This document shows, in pieces, positions 1 through 8,725 of a DNA stretch of 20,037 bases. The notes beneath the pieces were generated by a model, which saw only the letters and a list, made by a program, of their open reading frames with translations, was not told the DNA's origin and made no database searches. Within the stretch, counting starts at the first letter, position 1. Every line of letters starts with the position of its first letter. Origin of the DNA: Octopus sinensis (taxonomy: Eukaryota); assembly GCF_006345805.1 (NCBI RefSeq), contig NW_021824017.1, forward strand, positions 1 to 20,037, given 5' to 3'. Both the position numbers and the translations under genes were made by a program.

Positions 1-160
1 AGAAGAGAGAGATATAGAATTGCATACAAGCATACATCTACACTGAGATAGACAGTATATCTATCTATCCATCTATCCCTTTCTATCTCTCTCTGCCCTT
101 CTCTGTCTGTCTGTGTGTCTGCCTGCCTGTCTATCTATGTATATTTATATATATATATTT
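1..160. repeat. Compound microsatellite: (AG)n, (TATC)n, (TCTG)n, (TA)n
   Basis: Directly visible short tandem units. Confidence 0.9.
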
Positions 161-371
161 AATACGTCAAGAATAACTATTGTGTCTTTCAAAAGAGACA
201 AAGAGTTAATAGGACTGCAAAAAAGGAAGAGCTCAAATAAATGAGGCAACGATAATTAAACATTGGTCATCGAACAAACATTAAAATGAATTAACGACTT
301 TATATACGGCATCAAACATACGTCATATATAAGGTAATTATATATTTCGTAATATATAAATCAAAATATAA

Positions 372-485
372 AATATTTAGTAGAAGTGACAGAGTGACTT
401 AAGGTCTGAGAGTTTCGTGCGTTGGCACAAGTACCAAAGCACATAACTCGAACCTTGGGTCAGTCTGTTATTTCTGCTAAATATT
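372..485 (+). ncRNA. Long imperfect hairpin; candidate pri-miRNA (alternatively a decayed MITE with AATATT flanks)
   Basis: Paired by hand: 372-393/464-485 (22 bp), 395-405/452-462 (11 bp), 410-414/445-449, 417-420/439-442, 422-425/434-437, with an 8-nt loop at 426-433. Five G-U wobbles on the + strand. The hairpin is certain; the miRNA identity is not. Confidence 0.4.
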
Positions 486-844
486 AATAAAAATAAACTT
501 ATATTCATATTCTAATTTCTATTTTTCCTGTACGGATATATATATATATATATATATGACTAATGTAGGATAAAATTTTTTTCGGGAAAAAAATTTTATC
601 AATGGCCAGCATATCAAAAAATACCTTTAAAGGTTAAATTTATAAATAATTTACAAAATAAGGGCAAAAGAAAAATTCTAATGCCAAATATGCCGAAAGA
701 AAGACAAAAATTGTCAAATAACCATTATAATTTATGCGTCTCGAAACAAACCGATAGAAATTTCTAAAATATTCTTTATTACCGTATTGGTCCAATTGCA
801 GGGTTAATTCATAAAATTTTGCTCTCTTCAGCGGCAAATACTTG

Positions 845-851
845 TATATAT

Positions 852-926
<75 letters not shown>

Positions 927-930
927 ATAT
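845..930. repeat. (TA)n microsatellite with phase shifts
   Basis: Visible; explains ORFs 640..942 and 842..1045. Confidence 0.95.
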
Positions 931-1389
931 GTATGTTGTCAAAAGAAAATTAAGAAAATGGAGGTATAGTATTGATATATTTTTTTTATCTGCAAAAATC
1001 CAACCTATTCTCTTACAACTGTTTCAATTAAGCCTAAAAGACTGAAATAGCAATTATTAAATCATTATATAAGGCAAAATCTGGTCAAGGGTTAGAGAAG
1101 AGATACCGTTAGGTTATTAGGTGTTGTGTTTTCGAATCCTTTCAGCAGGCGCTTTTAAGCTTAGTTGAAACGGCTGTAAGATAATACGTTGGATGTTTGC
1201 GGATAATAAATCATACTAATGCTATATCTCAATTTTCTTAATTTTCTTTTGGATATTTATAAAGCAAAATTTATATTTAGATCGTTTATTTTATGAATAT
1301 TATTATTCACAAAAAATATTAGATAATGAACCAGTACTTCATTGGATATTATTATCCCTTAATGAGGATATTTTAACTTCTAATTGAAT

Positions 1390-1633
1390 TATATATATAT
1401 GTATATATATATGTTTATATATATATATATACACACATATATATATATATATACACATATATATGTACATATATATATACACATATATATATACATATAT
1501 ATGTACACACAGACACACACGCACACACACACACTCACACACACATTCACACACGCGCACATGCGCACACATGCACAATAATACTGTAAGAGTACACGCA
1601 GCAGGATACGCTAAGTACGCGTGTGTACAGATA

Positions 1634-1685
<52 letters not shown>
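1390..1685. repeat. Compound (TA)n/(CA)n microsatellites
   Basis: Visible; explains the YI/HT-repeat ORFs. Confidence 0.9.
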
Positions 1686-1840
1686 GTATCATGTATCTTA
1701 TAATGTGCACATTATACATACATACATACAACCATGTTGAGCAATACTGACTGCTAGCTAAGCTTGGCATGAAAATATGCGATGTTGTTTTACAGTAAAC
1801 ACAGAAGCGAGATGGTTCACGGAACGTAAACTGGAAATGA

Positions 1841-1900
1841 AACGTGAGCACGCCGGGCGAAATGCTTAGCCGTATTTCGTCTGCTGTTACGTTCTGAGTT
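1841..1900 (+). mobile_element. Fragment of tRNA-derived SINE family B head
   Basis: agcacgccgggcgaaatgcttagccgtatttcgtctgctgttacgttctgagtt matches the full copies at 14229 and 16928. Confidence 0.85.
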
Positions 1901-2429
1901 TGGCTAGAGAGGAAAAAGCTTGGCCTGAGCAGAAAAATACTTGTTTCTGAACCTTTCATACGAGTCCACGATAGAGTTTCTTTTATCTAGGCACCAGGCA
2001 GAGAAATATAATCCGTTTTTCTCTGTCAAAGGTAGGTGGCAAGCAATAATTTTTTTCCAGTACGACGAAAAACAACAGCTGCAAAAACACCAACACCTAT
2101 AACCACGGCATCGGCAGCAGTTGGCAACAGCAGCATCTGCTGCAGCAGGGTAAGCCCATTTACCCTCGCCATTTTCACCTACTTTTCATTGAACTTACTA
2201 GAAGGTAGCATGGCTTTTGCTTCTCACCCGTTTTTCTTCGGGTGATATTCGAGGAAGTTGATGGGAGCTTGACCAGAAGTTGAGAAGAGCTTGGCCGGAG
2301 CAGAAAATGGCTGTTTTCAAATGTTTTCAGATGAGTCCACCATGTAATTCGCTTTACCACACGCATACACACAAGGCAGAGAAGACTAGCTGCTCGTCTG
2401 TAGGTGGAAATACTAAATGCCAGTAACTT

Positions 2430-2435
<6 letters not shown>

Positions 2436-2472
<37 letters not shown>

Positions 2473-2523
2473 TCACACACACACACTCACTCACACACAC
2501 ACACACACACTCTCTCTCTCTCT

Positions 2524-2555
<32 letters not shown>

Positions 2556-2659
2556 AACACACACACACTCACTCACACACACACACTGACACACACTGAC
2601 ACACTCACACACACACACACTCACACACACACACACACACTCACTCACACACACACACA

Positions 2660-2698
<39 letters not shown>

Positions 2699-2937
2699 CA
2701 AACCACACACACACTCACACACACAAACACACACACACAAACACACACACACTCACTCACACACACACACTGACACACACTGACACACACTCACACACAC
2801 ACACACACTCACACACACACACACACTCACTCACACACACACACTCACTCACACACACACACACACTCTCTCTCTCTCTCACACACACACACACAAACAC
2901 ACACACACTCTCTCACACACACACACACACACACTCA

Positions 2938-2979
<42 letters not shown>

Positions 2980-2981
2980 AC
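2436..2981. repeat. ~550-bp compound (CA)n array with CT/CTCA/CTGA interruptions
   Basis: Visible; the ctgacacacactgacacac block recurs at ~2586 and ~2770, showing an internal duplication. Confidence 0.95.
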
Positions 2982-3564
2982 AGAGACAGATAGCTGTAAC
3001 GGCAGTAGCAGCAGCAGCGGTGGCAATAGCAACAGCAGCAGCAACTGCAGCAGCAAACACATACCATGTCAAACGATGTTGATGTTGGCTTTCATCTAAT
3101 TTGAAGCTTTTTGATGTGGTTTTTTTTTTTTAATATTCGGTTGTTTGCGTTGTTATTTATTTATTCTCATCCGACGTAATTTAGCTCTCGTCTAACTCCC
3201 GTGTAATTCGAACTCGCAACAAAACATCTGTTATTTTCGTATTTGCCTATTTGATCAACTCAGCTAACGTCAAGCTGATTAAATGCTGTGTTTCTAGAAG
3301 TTTCTACATTCTCTGTAATACGATTAGTCATTCAAATGTAAACAGCAATCCAGTTAGACGTACCGCAGAGAGGGGGAAAACTCTTAGCGGTCGCTCCATA
3401 TGCTAGAAACAGCAGCTAAATCTACTTCAGTTCTTCAGTTCTTCAGTTCCTCGGTTCACACTCTTACTATCTAGGAATAGGATCCAACACAGGATAATGC
3501 AGTCCTGAATTTCCAGTATAGTGGGAGACCCCCCACCCCCCAAAAAAACAAGCAAAAAAAAAAA

Positions 3565-3725
3565 GCAGGAGTGGCTGTGTGGTAAGTAGCTTTCTTACTA
3601 ACTACATGGTTCCATGTTCAGTCCCACTGCGTGGCACCTTGGGCAAGTGTCTTCTACTATAGCTTCGGGCCGACCAAAGCCTTGTGAGTGGATTTGGAAG
3701 ACGGAAACTGAAAGAAGCTCGTCGT

Positions 3726-3769
<44 letters not shown>

Positions 3770-3990
3770 TGTATGTGTGTGTATATGTTTGTAAGTCTGC
3801 GTTTGTCCCCTCAACATTGCTTGACAACCGATAATGGTGTGTTTACATTCCCGTAACTTAGCGGTTCGGCAAAATAGACCGATAGAATAAGTACTACGTT
3901 TATAAAGAATAAATCCTGAGGTAGATTTGTTCGACTAAAGGCGGTACTCCAGCTTGGCCGCAGTCAAATGGCTGAAACAAATAAAAGAAT
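3565..3990 (+). mobile_element. Full-length tRNA-derived SINE family A (octopus type, CORE-like ACCTTGGGCAAGT motif, internal TA/TG microsatellite)
   Basis: A-box-like gtggctgtgtggtaag, B-box-like gttcagtccc, 3' part ending gcagtcaaatggctgaaacaaataaaagaat; colinear with the reverse copy at 17965-18381. Confidence 0.9.
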
Positions 3991-4080
3991 ATATATATAT
4001 ATATATATATATAAACTTACTTGGAGGAAACGAAACGACGCGAGGGCGCTCAGTCATACAATAGTGTAATATATATATAT

Positions 4081-4242
4081 ATATACGACTGGCGTCTTTC
4101 AGTTTCCGTCTACCAAATCCACTTACAAAGTTTTGCTCGACCCGAAATAAAGTTGAAGACACTTGCCCAAGCTGCCACGCAGTGGGACTGAACCCGAAAC
4201 CATATGGCTGGGAAGCAAGCTTCTTACCACGCGGCCACGCCT
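4081..4242 (-). mobile_element. SINE family A, 5' half
   Basis: Reverse-complement match to 3565-3726. Confidence 0.88.
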
Positions 4243-4659
4243 TAATAATATTTAACTATAAAAATATAACAGGAATCTTTTTAAAACATCGAATGTCTAT
4301 GGAAGTCGACCTGAGTAAAATAGAAACGAATGGAGTCCATTGGTAAAAAAAAAAATGGTTGAAAACCACTGAGGTCAGAAGTAACCAGCGCATAAACAAC
4401 AAGAACAACAACAGCAACAACAACAACTTCATTTAGAGCTGTTGAGTATACTCTCTCGCATCAACCAACTCGATTCAATTTGGTTTAAATTATCACTTTT
4501 TTCTCTACCGTATTGATTTTGTTTAAGTGTAGCTTGTCACTTTAAGTGATACCTGTCACTTGAAGTGGAATATGAACTGATTATTCAATTGTAGGTGATC
4601 TGTTTTATGATATTAATACCTGTTTGTTATATTGTAATATTGATTTTATTTCAAATAAA

Positions 4660-5066
4660 GGCGACGCGCTGGCAGAATTGTTAGCACGCCGGTCAAAATG
4701 TTTTAGCGGTATTTCGTCCGTCTTTACGTTCGGAGTTCAACTTCCGCCGAGGTCGACTTTGCCTTTCATCCTTTCGGGGTCGATAAATTGAGAACCAGTT
4801 GCATACTGGGGTCGATATAATCGACTTAATCCGTTTGTCTGTACTTGTTTGTCCTCTCTGTGTTTAGCACCTTGTGGGCAATAAAGAAATAGGTATTTCG
4901 TCTTGTGCCTTTACGTTCTGAGTTCAAATTCCGCCGAGGTCGACTTTGCCTTTCATCCTTTCGAGGTCGATAAATTAAGTACCAGTTGCATTCTGGAGTC
5001 GGTCAACACGACTGGCCCTCTCTCCCAAAACTTCGGGCCTTGTGCCTAGAGTAGAAAAGAAGAATT
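4660..5066 (+). mobile_element. SINE family B dimer (long-tail unit followed by a headless short-tail unit)
   Basis: A-box tggcagaattgttag, B-box gagttcaa; central gcctttcatcctttcggggtcgataaa motif (as I recall, similar to the Meta-SINE domain); restarts at ggtatttcg at 4892. Confidence 0.9.
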
Positions 5067-5176
5067 AAAACCGTAACAAAGTACGCTCTGGCCACGATTC
5101 TCATTACATTGTTATAACTCACAGCAATCCCATCCTAAGTTTATCCTTACACAAATACATAAAGTAAATCATGTGC

Positions 5177-5844
5177 TGACGTCATACACGTGATTGATGA
5201 GGTTGTCTCTGCAGATTTTCAATAGAAATTATAGCCAGCACTGAATTTGTACGATCTTTCGTCTCCGATATGCCTAATGTAAGCAAGCAATGAAATCGAA
5301 GATGAAAATGGGTAATGGGTATATATACTACATTTCAGGAATTATTGCCCCATCATCAGTACCCATCCAATCCATTAATCATCCACGAACTCATTGCTTA
5401 AATAGCCACTAAATATAGCAGTATGACGTCATTGGAAATATCAATTTTATGTATTAAACACATTCCTTGAAGCTGGCACGTAAATATTAATGACCTGTAG
5501 GGACTTATGTTTAATATACAGGGTCGCCCAAAAGTAGGTTTACAGTTACTGAACTACCTCTTTTACATTCATATATTAACAGTTTAGATCTTAATTATAG
5601 GAATAATATGAAACCATTATTCTATGCTAATTTAGTTAATTTTGTCAAGCTCCTTTTTCAGTTTGTAAGATAGAAATTTAAATGAAATAAAATGTTTTAA
5701 AAGAAAATTAAAGTACCTATGTACTAACTGTAAACCTACTTTTGGGCCACCCTGTACTTTGTAATATAACTCACAACAATCCCATCCTAAGTTGATCCTT
5801 ACACAGATACATAAAGCATATCATGTGCTGACGTCATACACGTG
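5177..5844. promoter_or_regulatory. Cluster of three perfect CRE palindromes (TGACGTCA at 5177, 5424, 5829), two followed 2 bp later by a CACGTG E-box (5187, 5839)
   Basis: Motifs read directly; function inferred only. Confidence 0.35.
5519..5754. mobile_element. 236-bp Tc1/mariner-type MITE
   Basis: 30-bp TIRs CAGGGT(C/G)GCCCAAAAGTAGGTTTACAGTTA (5519-5548 and 5725-5754, one mismatch), TA duplication at 5517-5518 and 5755-5756, AT-rich non-coding interior. Confidence 0.92.
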
Positions 5845-6050
5845 ATTGATAAGGTTATCCCTGTAGATTTTCTATACAAATTATAGCCTGAGCTGATTAG
5901 GCTGAAGGTTTTAAATGCAAAGCGAGGACGCCTGCCAAATCATAGCATAAAAACAAACTGGTACGTAAATGACCTGCAGGGACTTATAAAAGCATATAAA
6001 GCATTTAATATAATGTGGTTGCATAACAAAATACGGTATCTCTGCAGATC

Positions 6051-6505
6051 TTTTCTTCTTCTTCTTACAGCATTCACCCGGGGTGGGTTGAGCTGGGTTC
6101 ATTCATCCTCAATGCTGCATCTCTCACAAATGCCGACCAGGCCAGGCGATTTGAGGCTAACGACTGCGTGATCTCCAACCACTCCTTATTCCACCGGCGA
6201 ACGCGGCGTAGACATGGGGGCCTAGGTTCGGTTCCAGGTCAGCCTTGACTGTCATCAGCCAGGTTTTTCGCCAACCCTGAAGGGGAGTTGGGGCGAACGC
6301 CATAGATATGGGGGCCTAGGTTGGGTTCCTGATCAGCCTTGACCGTCTTCAGCCAGGTTTTTCGTTGTCCACCACAACGCTTTCGCCAACCCTGAAGGGG
6401 AGCTGGGGCAATTGCTTCGTAGATGAATTCTCCTGGTTGACGACGGAGGGCATGACCCAGCCAACGCAGACGTCTCGTTAGGATGACTTGTCGGAGGGAA
6501 GTGAT
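6051..6505 (-). mobile_element. 5'-truncated RTE-type LINE 3' end with internal duplication
   Basis: Peptide RRLRWLGHALRR...GWRKRCGGQRKTWLKTVKAD...GPHIYGVR, then RRWNKEWLEITQSLASNRLAWSAFVRDAALRMNEPSSTHPG*, (GAA)n tail, 10-bp TSD tctgcagatc at 6041-6050 and 6506-6515. Confidence 0.85.
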
Positions 6506-6707
6506 TCTGCAGATCATTAACGCATGATTGATTGCACATCATGCTGAGTGGTGTTCTGTATAATTAACCTCATTATCAATAAAATGTGAAGGTTTTAAAC
6601 GCAAAATATGGTAGTCTGCCAAATCATAGCATAAAAATAAGTTGGTACGAGTCTTCTTAGGGGTCATGTTCCTTTGTTTTGTATCAAATTGGGGCTTATG
6701 CTCTTTG

Positions 6708-7086
6708 ATTCTTTATTCTCTTGTTTGCTTTACTCATTGAACTGCGGTCATGCTGAGGCACTGGTTTAAAGGGTTTAGTCGAACAAATCGATCCCAGTAC
6801 TATTGTTTAAAAATCGGTGCCTAATCTATCGCCCTATTTTGACGAACCGCTTGATTACAAGGATGTAAATTAACCAACACTTGTTGTCAAGCAGTGTGTG
6901 GACAAAAGACACGCTCACGCCTGCACTCACACACGTACATATATACACAACGGACTTCCACACATTTTCCGTCTACCAAACTTACTCACAAGGCATTAAT
7001 CTATAGTAGAGTTACAGTAGAAGACTGGACTGAACCCGAAATCAGATACTTTCGAAGGGAGCCTCTTAACAACATTGCCATGCCTG
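6708..7086 (-). mobile_element. Old, degenerate SINE family A
   Basis: Colinear but diverged match to 17965-18381 (actgcggtcatgctg, gtcgaacaaatcga, ttccgtctaccaaa, ggactgaacccgaa). Confidence 0.75.
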
Positions 7087-7709
7087 CGGCTTACATGATC
7101 TACAAATATCATTCAAGATTCAGCGTTTTTAGTTTCACTTTAGGTATAACGTCATCGTAAGCTGTGTGGTGTGTTACATAATTAAACACGCTCGGTTATT
7201 GTGAAACACAATACTCACAGCAAAGTTAATTACATTTAGCATTTTAACATACGCGTAACGTAACACAGCATATGCCATGCGGTGAAGGATATAATTAACC
7301 CAGAAATGAAAGATGGGTCTTGCACAGATATTACAAATATAACTTGACACAAGAAATATGGAAATATCTTAACGCAACGTTGTAATAAATGAAAGAAAAT
7401 CATTGAAAACCTTTGAGGATGGGCGCAAGTGATGCTGAAAGTAATATGGGAGTTACAGTTGAACGGTTGCAAACAAGTTTATTAGTGGCTGACAGAACGA
7501 TCAATATTAATCAGAAGTGATTGTCATATACTGGTGTAATATTACGGCTGCGTAATGATGAGGAATGTAGTGGAAGAGAGGATGGTGGTTGATGGTAGCT
7601 GATCAAGAGATTTGCCAGGATTTGTAAAGTTACTGATATAAGAGATCTGTATGAATATGAAACGGAAATTAAGGAATACAAACAAGCAAAATAGATCGAT
7701 GCTGCTGCT

Positions 7710-8069
7710 GCTGCTGTTGCTGTTGAGCGGTCCGAACTGTGGTCCTTTGCTATTCGTAAGACCCGCAGAAGAGAAAGCAGGTCAACCCCCCGACACCGAG
7801 AGCATCGACGGATGGATGAATGCACATCCAGGGCTCAGCGGTTGCGTAGGAAGAAGTCGGGGACAAGAAACAGGAAGAAAGAGTAAGAGAAAGTTGGAGC
7901 GTATGAGTACAACAGGGGTCGCCACCACCCCGCCTGCCGGAGCCTCATGGAGCTTTAGGTGTTTTTGCTCAATAAACACACACACACAACGCCCGGTCTG
8001 GGAATCGAAACCGTGATCCTCCGACCGCGAGTCCGCTGCCCTAACCATTGGGCCATTGCGCCTCCACTT
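7710..8069 (-). mobile_element. Full-length tRNA-derived SINE family C with (CAA/CAG)n tail
   Basis: Head gtggaggcgcaatggcccaatggttagggcagcggac...ggtttcgattccc; 12-bp TSD gatgctgctgct at 7698-7709 and 8070-8081; head shared with 17544. Confidence 0.85.
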
Positions 8070-8324
8070 GATGCTGCTGCTAGTGTTGATCTTATTTATC
8101 CTAGGTTAACCCCGATCCAGCAGAATTATGTTCAGAGAAATCCTAGCCATGCCCAACCTAACTCATTTCCCTGAGAGGGTATGTCGTGTACTATATTATC
8201 CAAGGTGTTCTTCGTGTTTGTGTTTCTGTTTTGTTCCAGGTCAGTCCTAATCCAACAGGCCAATGAACTAAATGAACAAAGGTGTTCCGACCCATGTATG
8301 TGTTCGGATATATACCATGTATGT

Positions 8325-8426
8325 GTGAATATATGTATGCAGGTATGTATGTATGTATGTATGTATGTATGTATGTATGTATGTATGTATGTATGTATGT
8401 ATGTATGTATGTATGTATATGTATGT
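8325..8426. repeat. (ATGT)n tetranucleotide array
   Basis: Visible, nearly pure. Confidence 0.95.
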
Positions 8427-8725
8427 CATTATTGAGTTTATTTAAAGATTTCTTGCCAATAGAGAAAGAACCGGTTTCTAACCTAGACACAAGGCTCCTT
8501 ATTGGAATTTTAACATCAACGACAGGGTATTTTTGTCTCTGTGTGTGTCTGTATGTATGCATGTATGTATGTATGTATGTATGTATGTATGTATGTATGT
8601 ATGTATGTGTGTATGTATGTATGTATGTATGTGTGTATGTATGTATGTATGTAGGTGCAGATTTGTATGTTTTATGTATGTATTCTCATGCATATAGTTA
8701 CATACCTAGACATGCTCATATATAT
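8427..8725 (-). mobile_element. Putative 3' UTR of the R4/Dong LINE, containing an internal (TACA)n tract (8551-8652)
   Basis: Follows the ORF stop at 8726-8728; ends aaataaactcaataatgac (AATAAA at 8437-8442, minus) directly before (TACA)n. Assigning 8427-8550 to the LINE is inference. Confidence 0.5.

Larger units (their letters stand above)
5113..5888 (+). repeat. 124-bp direct duplication (5113-5236 and 5765-5888), part of a decayed local tandem array extending to ~6650
   Basis: Hand alignment: 11 mismatches in 124 bp, no indels, offset 652. Further shared blocks at ~5475-5516/5960-6012 and ~5905-5965/6588-6648. Confidence 0.9.

Noticed and set aside
625-810. piggyBac-like ends (AGG/AGGG followed by TTAA at ~637 and ~807)
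   Set aside because: No matching left end TTAACCC and no TIR pair was found.
2199-2400. Minus-strand exon candidates and the small hairpin tcacccg/cgggtga (2224-2245)
   Set aside because: Splice sites are weak or the frames contain stops, the peptides are unrecognisable, and a 7-bp stem is expected by chance.
3362-3406. Helitron-like 3' end (accgc…gcggt hairpin, then CTAG)
   Set aside because: The hairpin is interrupted, CTAG is followed by A instead of T, and no 5' TC end or second copy is visible.
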